The notes under the pieces are model-generated. The model did not search any database, was not told where the DNA came from, and saw only the letters and a list, made by a program, of their open reading frames with translations. The position numbers and the translations under genes were made by a program. Positions 29,958-39,750 of a stretch of 64,000 bases of DNA are shown here, one piece after another. The DNA is taken from NCBI RefSeq assembly GCF_029254265.1, contig NZ_JAQWXX010000048.1, positions 27,256-91,255 on the forward strand, given 5' to 3'. Source of the DNA: Algoriphagus sp. Its GTDB lineage: Bacteria; Bacteroidota; Bacteroidia; Cytophagales; Cyclobacteriaceae. Each line of letters starts with the position of its first letter. The stretch's first letter is position 1.

Positions 29958-30467
29958 ATGAAAAACATATTCTTCACAGTTATATTGACAATGGTTGCTG
30001 CTTTTAGCTCTCACGCCCAATTAATTCCTAAAACTCCAAAAACCACCTCACTTGATGTCAATAATTTGACTATCAAAAAAATATCAAATTCAAATACTAT
30101 TGATATTTTTGATGGAATTGAAAAGGTTATTCAAATGTTTGGTTCTCCTACTTCATCACAACCCTATGTTTTTGAAATGGATGAAAAGGTTGGTACACTG
30201 TACAAGTATTCTGGAAATGAGTTCTATTTTACTGATAGGCTGTATGGGTTTGAATTGAACTCAAGTGCATTTGCTATTGGAAACAACAATGTTTATCTTA
30301 AAGTAGGGGATAAAACAAGTATGATAAGTAATTTTTTACCAAGCTACTCCGCAGGTAGTGTGGATAACGTTATTTATTTAAAAAATGGAGCAGAATATGT
30401 GAGTTCTGCAATAAGTATAAAATCAAATAATAATTTAATTACAAGGATAAGATTGATTTACTTTTGA
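29958..30467 (+). CDS. Small secreted protein, candidate immunity protein
   Basis: Starts 12 nt after the M23 gene stop; Sec signal (..SSHA-Q); no recognisable motif. Confidence 0.55.
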   Translation: MKNIFFTVILTMVAAFSSHAQLIPKTPKTTSLDVNNLTIKKISNSNTIDIFDGIEKVIQMFGSPTSSQPYVFEMDEKVGTLYKYSGNEFYFTDRLYGFELNSSAFAIGNNNVYLKVGDKTSMISNFLPSYSAGSVDNVIYLKNGAEYVSSAISIKSNNNLITRIRLIYF

Positions 30468-30727
30468 TAAAGTAGATTTTATAATTATTGAAGTAGAAAA
30501 AAATTAAACCATTATCTAAATTGAAGCTCTAGAAATAGAGCTTTTTTATTCAAGATACAAGCAGTGAAATCAAAGTTACTTATCCCCCTCTTTTAAAAAA
30601 ACTGAAAGGAGGGTGATTTAATTTAAAAAATAAAACTTATCCTCCTATTTAGAGTAATCCTACTAGTTTCGATGAATACAATTATTGTTTTTAATTTAGA
30701 AACTGGAAAAATAATTGATATTATAGT

Positions 30728-31162
30728 ATGATACCATTCGAACTTAAAAAGCACTTTTGGAAACCAATAATCCTCATTTTAATGCTTTTCGTTTCTCCAG
30801 ATGTTTTTTCCCAAGACATCTCAGGCTCCTATCGATGGTGGGTGGATGATGGCGAAAGTAGTTTTGTAATTGACCTAAGCCCAAAAAATTCTATAAGAGG
30901 GTCCATACCAACTAGTTTCAAAGGCGAACATTGCGGGGTATACTTTGAGGGGAAAAGAATGGACTGTAGCTATGAAGAATACTCCATAGCTCTCCATAAG
31001 GTGTTTGAAAATGTATTTTCATGAAGAATTTTAAGTGCCTATTCAAGGACCCTAAGCGAAATCAAAGTCACTTATTTCCCCGAAACCAAAAATCTACGAT
31101 GGCAAGTCACTAAACAAGGAGAAGGACAAACCTATTTCCCAAAAGATGTAATAATGGATTAA
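30728..31162 (+). pseudogene. Secreted protein gene interrupted by an in-frame TGA at 31022-31024
   Basis: The frame continues for 45 sense codons (RILSAYSRTLSEIKVTYFPETKNLRWQVTKQGEGQTYFPKDVIMD) to TAA at 31160-31162. Confidence 0.75.
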
Positions 31163-31354
31163 AATGCTCCTAATTTCCTAGCGTTTTTTAATTTTTTTTG
31201 GGGGTTAATCTTTATGGTTCTTCCCCTGACTTTAGTGAGGAAGTAAAATAGGTTTTGGACTAAAACTATATGGTATAAAGAAGGATACTTATTTTACTAA
31301 AGCGAAGTTTGAACCTTCCAAGCTCATAAAGCCAAATTCTAGCCATTTATCTTT

Positions 31355-31575
31355 GTCACTTTTTGGCGGCCAAAAAGTGACCAAAAAGCCCTGAGCCTCA
31401 GTTTTTTCTTTCCGCTGTCAGCTTTATTTATTGATATGATGTGAAGAAACAGCGGAATTTTGTGCTGCCTTGCGCACCTAAAAATGACTGGATCTCCCTC
31501 GTACCTTGGGAGCTAAGTCATTTTCTTAACGGCTTGCAAACCAGCCCAAAACCGAAAATCCCGAAAGGCTCACCC
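31355..31575. other. Multi-stem structured intergenic element (ncRNA or repeat candidate)
   Basis: Several complementary stems of 7-12 bp; see findings. Confidence 0.45.
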
Positions 31576-31627
31576 ATCCGGAAATTAACCTCCAGTGCCA
31601 ATTACCATAAAATAATCAAGTTTCAAT

Positions 31628-32971
31628 TTAATTCGGGGTAGAACCATCTTTATCATAAAAACTCGGATTAGCCGCAGCCTCAGCATTGAATTTTTGGATC
31701 AATTCTTCCAATTGCTTCACCATTTCAGGATTGGCCGCAGCAAGATTATACTTTTCCGAAGGATCAGTATCCAGATCAAAAAGCAAGGGTAGAGGATCTA
31801 AAAAATAGCTTTCACCCGTTTGGCTGTTCGTGCGAATATGAAGTTTCCACTTCCCCTGCCTGACGGCAAAAACGGTATTATCGAAACCAAAATAGAAGAA
31901 GGTTTCAGAATTCGCTTTTGCTCCGAAATTCGGGTTCAGATTCCCACTAAGATTCACTCCATCTACAATTCGGTCCGTAGGAACTTTCGCTCCTCCCAAC
32001 TGCATGGCTGTCGCATAAATATCTTTGGTCGCTCCCAAATTCATCTCTACCGAACCCGCAGCTATCGTCCCCGGCCACCAAGCTATGGAAGGTTCGCGCT
32101 GCCCGCCCTCCCAAGTGCTTCCTTTCCCATCTCGGAAGAGTCCGGCCGAGCCAGCCTGATCTCCTTTGATGATCCAAGGCCCGTTGTCAGAAGTAAACCA
32201 AACCAGCGTATTTTCAGCCAATCCATTTGCTTTCAAATAAGCTAAAATCTGCCCCACCGATGCATCAATTTCTTCAATTACATCTCCATACAAACCTCGT
32301 CGGGATTTACCTTGATAAGCTTTCCCCGGGAAAAGTGGCACATGCGGCATCGCATAGGGCAAATAGATAAAGAAAGGTTGATCCCTATTCTTTTCCATAA
32401 ACTGGATAGCCCGATCCGTATAAAGCTGAGTCAATTTGGTCTGATCTGGATTGAGTTCGAGCGTGTCATTGCCAGACATGAGTGCGATATCCGGCCATTT
32501 TGGAGGGATCATATCATTGCTATAAGGCAAACCCACATATTCATCAAAGCCATTTTGGAGCGGTAAAAATTCGGGTTTAGTCGTGCCGAGGTGCCATTTT
32601 CCAAACATGGCAGTAGCGTAGCCTTGGGATTTTAGGCCTTCTGCCAAAGTCAGTTCCTTTGGATGAATTCCTCGTGGCGAATCCGGATTAAGTACCCAAC
32701 CAAAGCCAGATCTTCCCGGATATCTTCCGGTCAGTAATCCATATCGACTTGCTGTACAAGCAGGAGAAACAGAATAAAAATTACTCCAGCGCATTCCTTC
32801 CATCGCCATCTGATCCAGATTGGGTGTGCGAATCGTCGGGTGACCTGTGATTCCCAAATCGCCATAGCCCATATCATCCGCAAACAGGATGATGATATTA
32901 GGTTTTTGCTTTGCAAAGCATGGTGCAAATACAAAAGTCAAAAGGAAAATTAAAAGGAATAAATGTTTCAT
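31628..32971 (-). CDS. Cys-type sulfatase (arylsulfatase-like)
   Basis: ADDMGYGD, CTASR, GKWHLG and SDNGP. Start moved to ATG 32971 (MKHLFLL signal peptide). Confidence 0.93.
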   Translation of the reverse strand: MKHLFLLIFLLTFVFAPCFAKQKPNIIILFADDMGYGDLGITGHPTIRTPNLDQMAMEGMRWSNFYSVSPACTASRYGLLTGRYPGRSGFGWVLNPDSPRGIHPKELTLAEGLKSQGYATAMFGKWHLGTTKPEFLPLQNGFDEYVGLPYSNDMIPPKWPDIALMSGNDTLELNPDQTKLTQLYTDRAIQFMEKNRDQPFFIYLPYAMPHVPLFPGKAYQGKSRRGLYGDVIEEIDASVGQILAYLKANGLAENTLVWFTSDNGPWIIKGDQAGSAGLFRDGKGSTWEGGQREPSIAWWPGTIAAGSVEMNLGATKDIYATAMQLGGAKVPTDRIVDGVNLSGNLNPNFGAKANSETFFYFGFDNTVFAVRQGKWKLHIRTNSQTGESYFLDPLPLLFDLDTDPSEKYNLAAANPEMVKQLEELIQKFNAEAAANPSFYDKDGSTPN

Positions 32972-33065
32972 ATGATTATAATTTCTTTTTAATGGCCATA
33001 TGGAATCTCGCAAGGTTTATAATAATCCTAGGGTGTGACTTTTTAGTCCTGCTCGATTTCATGAT
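32966..33065 (-). mobile_element. Short start-codon-associated element, copy 2 (85-bp core between TTTCAT/ATGAAA direct repeats)
   Basis: Homologous to 1562-1657. Direct repeats at 32966-32971 and 33057-33062. Mobility is inferred. Confidence 0.55.
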
Positions 33066-35104
33066 TATCGGGTCAAAATACCTAGTTCGGCGAAAGTGGC
33101 TGAATTTCCATCAGTGGTTTTAATAGCTTTCAGACGAATAAATCGCGCTAAAACCGGATCAAATCGTACTTCCTGCTGAATGGGATTATTGGCAATATTG
33201 GCGAATTCACCTTTGGTAACAGACTTCCAACTTTTCCCATCAGCCGAAATCTCAAACTCATAATTCTGAATAAATCCACTGGGATATCGTGCCTGCATGG
33301 GGAAATAGGTAAAGCCTTTGATTGTAATAGACTCTCCCAAATCGATGGTTAACTGATTATCCGAGCTAGTCCAGAAAGTACCTGAATTTTCATCAATGGC
33401 TTTTTCAGCGTCTGTCTCCATGGCCTTCCAATTGACTTTAGCCAGATCCAAGTTCACTTCCAAAAGCTCACTACTTTCTTCCCTATTTGGATCAAAACTC
33501 AACACCTTCAAGGTTCTGGCTTCCAGCAAAGGAATCGGATTCAAATAAGTTTGAGTCGGTTCACTTCCATCCAAACTATAGCGGATTTCCAAATCCTCAT
33601 CTGACTGAATTAAGGTGACCTCGCCTGATTTATCCCGCTTGATGCTAGGCGGAAGAAGCAGTGTCGGCGCATGATAAATTCCAAGTTCAGAGATTACAGG
33701 AATTCCTTTTCCGTCCAAGAAATTGATTCGGACTTTTTGAGCTTTTTGCAGAGGAAATCTAAGGATTCGCTTATAACCGATGGTAGTTCCCTCGGCGATT
33801 TTCTCCCAGTTTCCATTGACTTCCTTTTCCAGTGAAAAAGCTTTTTGTCGCTGACCCAAAGGGGTGAATTCTTGTAGCAACAGTCGATTGAACTCAGATT
33901 CTTTCCCAAAGTCTAAATCAAGACTAGCGGAAATCATCCCATCCGAAGTAGTCCAGTAGGTTGCATAATCTTCGTCCAAAACTTTCGCAGCTTCATATCC
34001 TTTACCCCGACTTTCACTTGCAGAAATCACCGCTTGTGCAGCTAAGTTGACCGAAAAGTCAGCCTTGATTTTCTTTCCCAAGGCCAAAATCGCAGCTCCA
34101 TCTTTTTCATGAATCAATCCCCGTCGGTCTACTGGAAAATTGATCAGCATGGAGCTATTTCTTCCGATACTGTTGTAAAAAATTTCGACCAGCTGAGGCA
34201 ATGTCTTCACTTTATGATCCTCATAAGCATGGTAATACCATCCCGGACGAATGCTCACATCCGACTCCGCCGGCACCCAATGCGTCCCGTTTTCCTGGCC
34301 ATCCGCCCATTTTTCTGAATATTCCGGCATTCCGGCATAAACCGAATCCCGCATCAAATTTGACCATGTAGTCTCGTAAGCAAAACCCTGCTCATTGCCC
34401 ACCCAGCGTACATCTGGCCCGGCATCGCTAAACATCATGGCTCCCGGTTGAAGGGTTCTAACCAGTTCATGAGTCGTCGGCCAATCGTAATAACTGAATT
34501 TATCTACCGTACGCGTCTCATTTGCTCCTCCGTACCAGCCATCTCCACCATTGGCACCGTCAAACCAAACTTCAAAAATATCCCCATAGTTGGTCAACAA
34601 CTCGGTGAGCTGATTTCGCATATAGGTGATGTATTCCGGCTTGCCATAATCAGGATGATTTCGATCCCAAGGAGAGTAATAGATCCCCACTTTCAAACCA
34701 TACTCCCGACAAGCATCTGCAAACTCTCTGATCAAATCTCCTTTTCCATCACGCCAAGGGCTATTTTTTACCGAGTGCTCCGTGTAAGCAGACGGCCAAA
34801 GTACATAACCATCGTGATGCTTGGCCGTAATGATCAAGCCTTTCATTCCAGATTCCGATGCTATTCTTGCCCATTGGCGGGCATCCAGTTCAATCGGGTT
34901 AAATTGTTCGGGTTTTTCATCCCCAAATCCCCATTCCCGATCTGAGAATGTATTCATATTGAAATGAATGAAGCCGTAATATTCGAGTTCTTGCCATGCA
35001 ATCTGTCTAGCATCCGGAATAGGCAAAACCGGTTCTGGGGGAGCAGCTTTCTCTTGGCAAAAAGAAAGGATAAGTAAGCAAAGGGGCCAGAATAGTTTTT
35101 TCAT
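33065..35104 (-). CDS. Alpha-L-fucosidase GH29 with F5/8 (CBM32-like) domains, lipoprotein
   Basis: FIHFNMNTF, TAKHHDG, YYSPWDRN, WFDGA and DVSIRPGWYYH. Confidence 0.95.
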   Translation of the reverse strand: MKKLFWPLCLLILSFCQEKAAPPEPVLPIPDARQIAWQELEYYGFIHFNMNTFSDREWGFGDEKPEQFNPIELDARQWARIASESGMKGLIITAKHHDGYVLWPSAYTEHSVKNSPWRDGKGDLIREFADACREYGLKVGIYYSPWDRNHPDYGKPEYITYMRNQLTELLTNYGDIFEVWFDGANGGDGWYGGANETRTVDKFSYYDWPTTHELVRTLQPGAMMFSDAGPDVRWVGNEQGFAYETTWSNLMRDSVYAGMPEYSEKWADGQENGTHWVPAESDVSIRPGWYYHAYEDHKVKTLPQLVEIFYNSIGRNSSMLINFPVDRRGLIHEKDGAAILALGKKIKADFSVNLAAQAVISASESRGKGYEAAKVLDEDYATYWTTSDGMISASLDLDFGKESEFNRLLLQEFTPLGQRQKAFSLEKEVNGNWEKIAEGTTIGYKRILRFPLQKAQKVRINFLDGKGIPVISELGIYHAPTLLLPPSIKRDKSGEVTLIQSDEDLEIRYSLDGSEPTQTYLNPIPLLEARTLKVLSFDPNREESSELLEVNLDLAKVNWKAMETDAEKAIDENSGTFWTSSDNQLTIDLGESITIKGFTYFPMQARYPSGFIQNYEFEISADGKSWKSVTKGEFANIANNPIQQEVRFDPVLARFIRLKAIKTTDGNSATFAELGILTR

Positions 35105-35250
35105 AAGGTGATATCAAAGTAGGATATTAGCCATTTTGGATGGAAATCGGAAGGGGATTTTGATTTAGGTAAAAGGGTTCTTATTAAATACCGGATGGTA
35201 AATTTTTAAACGGTTAAAATCGATCTCCAAAAACCCTGTAAATTCGCTCC

Positions 35251-37491
35251 ATGAAAAGATGCCTAAGCCTCCTATTACTATTTATAAGTTTTTCTACAAT
35301 TGCCCAAGTTCAATTCAAAGTAGTAGACGGTAATACTGCTTTGCCTTTGGAAAATGTTCGGATTCAGCCTAAAAATGGGACAGCTCAGCTTTCAAATGCT
35401 TCGGGAATCGTAGCATTCGCAGTATCGGAGGCCGCAACTTTTACCTTCTTCAAATCTGGCTACGAACCCTTCAAGGCAGATTTTGGAGCGGGGGAACATT
35501 TGGTAGAATTAAGCCCAAAATCAGTAGATCTATCCCAAGTCACCGTCACAGCGTTTGAGTCTGAACGTCCACTTTTGGAGCAGTCAGCAGCTATTTCCGT
35601 AGTGACAGAGCGGGATTTCAACCGCTTCAATGAAACTTCTATCGTCAATTCTTTCAACACCAAACCTGGTATCCGAATCGAAGAGCGTGCCCCGGCGAGT
35701 TATCGAATTTCTATCCGAGGAAGCTCTTTAAGATCTCCTTTTGGTGTACGAAATGTCAAGGTTTACTGGAATGAAGTTCCTTTTACATCACCTGATGGAA
35801 CCACACCTCTGAACTTGCTCGATCTTTCCAATATTCGAACTGCCGAGGTAATCAAAGGCCCATCGGGAAGTATTTACGGGGCTGGAAATGGAGGGGCGAT
35901 CAGCCTAAACAGTCCTTCAAATCCACAAGGAGGAAGAATCAGCAGCGAATATATGGCGGGTGATTTTGGGCTTAATCGCTTTAGAGTCGCACTTTCTCAA
36001 CAAATCGGAGAAGGCGGAATCGAAGCTTCCTTTGTCACTCAAAAAGCGGATGGCTACAGAGAGCATTCAGCAATGGATCGAAAAGTATTTCAATTGGGAA
36101 GCTTTTTTCCGGTATCGGAAAATCAAGAAATACGGACGCAACTCTTGATCTCTGACCTAAACTATCAAATTCCCGGAGCACTTAATGCTGATCAACTTTC
36201 AGCTGACCCTACTCAAGCCCGTCCAGGTTCGGTGGCTCAAAATAGCTCCATTGCTCAGCAGTCGGTCTTCGCTTCCTTTGGCCATTTATATCGCTTTTCT
36301 GAGAAAACAAGCAATAACACAACGGTATACCTAAACACCAATGACTTCGAAAATCCTTTTATCCTAGACTACAAAAAGGAATTAGGATTCGGTTTTGGTG
36401 GTCGGACTCGCTTCACGCATGACACCCAACTCGGTGGAAAATCACTCCGTCTCATTGCAGGTGGAGAATATCAGACGAGTTTGACTGATGCACAGAACTT
36501 TGGAAATCGGGCAGGTGTGGCAGACACGGTTCGCTTTTCGGATAAACTTCGAGCCACGCAAGGGTTCCTTTTCCAGCAGGCAGAATGGCAAATTGCTTCC
36601 AAGTTCCTCTTCACTCTGGGCTTGAGTGAAAACTTCTCGAGCTTCGAAATCGACCGACAGATTGATGCCGCAGGAGGTCCAACAGGACTTCAAACCCGAA
36701 CATTTGATCCGATCGTAGTTCCACGAGTAGCGCTGAATTATCGTGTAAATGAAGCCTCGGCAGTTTACGGAAGTGTAAGCAGTGGATTTTCTCCGCCGAC
36801 TATCGATGAAGTTCGAACGAATGAAGGAAGTTTGAATCTGGATTTAGAAGCTGAAAAAGGAGTTAATTATGAATTGGGATATCGCCTTGGAAAAGGGAAA
36901 TTCAATCTCGACCTGACCACTTATTATTTCAAGTTGGATCAGACGATTACGACATTTACCAATCCCCAAGGCGTAGTTTTATTCAGAAATGCAGGTTCCA
37001 CGGATCAAAAGGGAATCGAAGCAGCGATTGATTACAGCTTGATCCAAAATGGTCAAGGATTTATTCAGAATTTAAGTTTGGGAACCGCTTATACAGGTCA
37101 GTTTTTCACCTTTAAAGACTACCAAAAACGAGATGATGATTTCTCAGGAAATGCGCTGACTGGCGTACCGGAGACTACTTTGGTGACCCGATTAGATCTC
37201 CGAACCAAGCCGGGGTTCTATCTGAATTTCACCCATAACTATGTGAGCGAGCTTCCGCTTAATGATGCCAATACGGTATTTCAAGATGCCTACAATTTGG
37301 TCAATCTGCGATTTGGCTGGGCAAAAACTTTTGCCGGAAAATGGGAATTGGAAGCCTTTGCTGGGGTAGATAATTTGTTGGATGAAAGCTATTCACTTGG
37401 AAACGATCTGAATCCTTTTGGTGGAAGATATTATCAGCCAGCTCCGACAAGAAATTGGTATGGGGGTATTAAAGTAGGATTTCTTTATTAA
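35251..37491 (+). CDS. TonB-dependent receptor
   Basis: Signal peptide, plug domain (SIRGS, VIKGPSGSIYG) and a barrel ending in an aromatic residue. Confidence 0.92.
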   Translation: MKRCLSLLLLFISFSTIAQVQFKVVDGNTALPLENVRIQPKNGTAQLSNASGIVAFAVSEAATFTFFKSGYEPFKADFGAGEHLVELSPKSVDLSQVTVTAFESERPLLEQSAAISVVTERDFNRFNETSIVNSFNTKPGIRIEERAPASYRISIRGSSLRSPFGVRNVKVYWNEVPFTSPDGTTPLNLLDLSNIRTAEVIKGPSGSIYGAGNGGAISLNSPSNPQGGRISSEYMAGDFGLNRFRVALSQQIGEGGIEASFVTQKADGYREHSAMDRKVFQLGSFFPVSENQEIRTQLLISDLNYQIPGALNADQLSADPTQARPGSVAQNSSIAQQSVFASFGHLYRFSEKTSNNTTVYLNTNDFENPFILDYKKELGFGFGGRTRFTHDTQLGGKSLRLIAGGEYQTSLTDAQNFGNRAGVADTVRFSDKLRATQGFLFQQAEWQIASKFLFTLGLSENFSSFEIDRQIDAAGGPTGLQTRTFDPIVVPRVALNYRVNEASAVYGSVSSGFSPPTIDEVRTNEGSLNLDLEAEKGVNYELGYRLGKGKFNLDLTTYYFKLDQTITTFTNPQGVVLFRNAGSTDQKGIEAAIDYSLIQNGQGFIQNLSLGTAYTGQFFTFKDYQKRDDDFSGNALTGVPETTLVTRLDLRTKPGFYLNFTHNYVSELPLNDANTVFQDAYNLVNLRFGWAKTFAGKWELEAFAGVDNLLDESYSLGNDLNPFGGRYYQPAPTRNWYGGIKVGFLY

Positions 37492-37672
37492 ATAGAAATA
37501 CGATTGAAATACACCTTCCTAGATTTGATAATACAATGGAAATAAGGTTGAAATACACCTTCCTTCGGTCGGTGAAATATTAGGTTCTAGTCCGAGCTTA
37601 CATAGTACTTTCAAATCGATATTTCGCCAAAGGCTTATTTCAGCGAAGCTATATTTCCACAGTATTTCTATC
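37492..37672 (+). repeat. GAAATA-rich intergenic repeat, copy A
   Basis: 37530-37571 is 40/42 identical to the reverse complement of 40343-40384; 37620-37670 also matches 40238-40276 inverted. Confidence 0.8.
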
Positions 37673-37684
37673 TTATCTTTTATT

Positions 37685-39598
37685 TTACTCTATCCCGTCC
37701 AACTCGCTCAATTCCAACCAAGTCAACTCTAATTCTTCCAATTTAGAATCGATTTCCAGCATACGGGATGATATTTTCATCAGCTCTTCGTGATCGGAAT
37801 TTCCACCGCTGATTTTCTCGGTAAGGTCAGCTTTCTCTTTTTCCAATTTGGCCATAGAAGCAGTAACTTCCTTAAATTCATTCTTCTGCTTAAAACTAGC
37901 TTTTGCTTTAGAAGGAGCTGTAGCAGCAACTTCAGCCTTTTCGGATTGATTCGTAGGGGTGGTGCCGGTACTTCGGTCTCCAGACTTCGGTCTTCCGTCT
38001 TTGTTCTCTTTCTCCGCCTCTCTAAACTCCGAATAATTCCCAGGGAAATCAGAAATCACTCCCTCGCCCTCGAAAACAAACAAATGCTCCACCAAGCGAT
38101 CCATAAAATATCTATCGTGGGAAACAATGATCAAGCAACCTGGGAAAGAATCCAAAAACTCCTCCAAGGTATTCAAGGTCATCAGATCCAGGTCATTGGT
38201 AGGCTCATCGAGAATCAGGAAGTTTGGATTCTTGATCAAGACCATCAAAAGCTGCAAGCGACGACGCTCACCACCACTGAGTTTCTCGATCGGCGTATGC
38301 TGCTGCTTTGGAGGGAAGCCAAATTGCGTCAAAAACTGGCTAACTGTGATCGTCTGACCTTTATCCAGCACCACGACTTCAGCCACATCCTTGACGATAT
38401 CAATTAATCGCTTGCTCTCGTCAAAGCTACTTTCTTCCTGTCGGTAATAGCCAAAAGCCGTAGTCTGACCGATGGAAATCTTCCCTTTATCCGGTGCCAA
38501 TTGGCCCGTGATCATATTTAGAAAAGTGGTTTTCCCGGCTCCGTTTGGTCCGACGATTCCTACCCGGTCTTTCTTTTTGAAGACATAGGAAAAATCTTCC
38601 ACCAGCTTTTTATCGCCATAGGATTTACTGATTTTATCGATCTCTATGATTTTATTTCCCAGTCGCTGGGCACTCACTTGAAGTTCGATATCGCGGTCTT
38701 CCCGCTTCTGAGATGCTTTTTCTTTGGTTTCCTCGAAAGCATCAACTCTATATTTTGCTTTGGTAGTTCGGGCTTTAGGCTGCCGTCTGATCCAGTCAAG
38801 TTCTTTCTTATAAAGACTTTTCGCCTTTTCCAATTCAATATCCTCGTTTTGCATTCGCTCGGCTTTCTTGTCGAGAAAATAGCCGTAATTTCCTTGGTAG
38901 CGATGTACTTTACCCTGATCGAGTTCAAGAATCTCGTTAGTCACTTTTTCTAGAAAATAGCGGTCGTGGGTGACCATAAAAAGTGCCAAATTGGCTTTCG
39001 CTAGGTAATCTTCCAGCCACTCGATCGTTTCCAAGTCAAGGTGGTTGGTCGGTTCGTCAAGCAGGAGAAGATCCGGTTTTTCGAGAATGGCTTTCGCCAA
39101 AGCAACCCGCTTGCGCTGTCCTCCGGAAAGGGAACCAACTGGCAACTCTGTATCGTGAAGCCCTAATTTTCCCAGAACTTCCTTCACTTGGTATTCAAAA
39201 TCCCAAGCTTGAAAAGCATCCATTTTTTCAAAAAGCACCGTCATCTTATCGGAGTTGTCAATGCCCCGCTCCGCATCCAGCATCGCTTTATGATAATCCT
39301 CAATCACTTGCAGCACCTCACTATTGCTCTGATCAAAGATCGTCTGGTAAATGCTCATCGTTCCTTCAAAAACCGGATTTTGATGCACATAAGCCACTTT
39401 GATCGCTTGGTTGATCCCAACTTGACCCGTATCGGCGATTTCCAGCCCCATGATGATTTTCATCAAGGTGGATTTACCGGCACCGTTGATACCCACTAAG
39501 GCGATTTTTTGTCCTTGTAATATGCCAAAGGAAATATTGGAAAAAAGCTTGCGCTCACCGAACGCTTTACTGAGGTTTTCGACCGAAAGGTAATTCAT
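37685..39598 (-). CDS. ABC-F ATPase (Uup-like)
   Basis: Two ABC domains (GINGAGKS/LSGGQ/DEPTNH and GPNGAGKT/LSGGE/DEPTND), an inter-domain linker and a C-terminal coiled coil. Confidence 0.95.
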   Translation of the reverse strand: MNYLSVENLSKAFGERKLFSNISFGILQGQKIALVGINGAGKSTLMKIIMGLEIADTGQVGINQAIKVAYVHQNPVFEGTMSIYQTIFDQSNSEVLQVIEDYHKAMLDAERGIDNSDKMTVLFEKMDAFQAWDFEYQVKEVLGKLGLHDTELPVGSLSGGQRKRVALAKAILEKPDLLLLDEPTNHLDLETIEWLEDYLAKANLALFMVTHDRYFLEKVTNEILELDQGKVHRYQGNYGYFLDKKAERMQNEDIELEKAKSLYKKELDWIRRQPKARTTKAKYRVDAFEETKEKASQKREDRDIELQVSAQRLGNKIIEIDKISKSYGDKKLVEDFSYVFKKKDRVGIVGPNGAGKTTFLNMITGQLAPDKGKISIGQTTAFGYYRQEESSFDESKRLIDIVKDVAEVVVLDKGQTITVSQFLTQFGFPPKQQHTPIEKLSGGERRRLQLLMVLIKNPNFLILDEPTNDLDLMTLNTLEEFLDSFPGCLIIVSHDRYFMDRLVEHLFVFEGEGVISDFPGNYSEFREAEKENKDGRPKSGDRSTGTTPTNQSEKAEVAATAPSKAKASFKQKNEFKEVTASMAKLEKEKADLTEKISGGNSDHEELMKISSRMLEIDSKLEELELTWLELSELDGIE

Positions 39599-39602
39599 GC
39601 CG

Positions 39603-39610
39603 CAAAAGTA
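39603..39610 (-). promoter_or_regulatory. -7 element TACTTTTG 4 nt before the ABC-F ATG
   Basis: Minus strand reads TACTTTTG-CGGC-ATG. Confidence 0.6.
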
Positions 39611-39750
39611 AGGAAAAGAAGGCAGGCAATCATGTGGAATACAATATTCTGGCTGGAACTATTCATTTTTTAAAATTCATTTACCTTAACTAATGGTAAA
39701 TACAGCTATGTTTAAAACCTAACTCAAACGGATTTTACTATATTTTCACA

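Noticed and set aside
31022-31024. In-frame TGA as selenocysteine or programmed readthrough
   Set aside because: No redox-Cys context, no evident SECIS hairpin right after it and no sel genes in view; a nonsense mutation is simpler.
31441-31641. 66-aa ORF over the structured element
   Set aside because: GTG start, no motif, and the sequence is better explained by base-pairing constraints.
37685-39598. ABC-F as an antibiotic-resistance (ARE) factor
   Set aside because: Architecture with a C-terminal coiled coil fits housekeeping Uup-like proteins, and no attenuator leader is possible given the apparent leaderless start.
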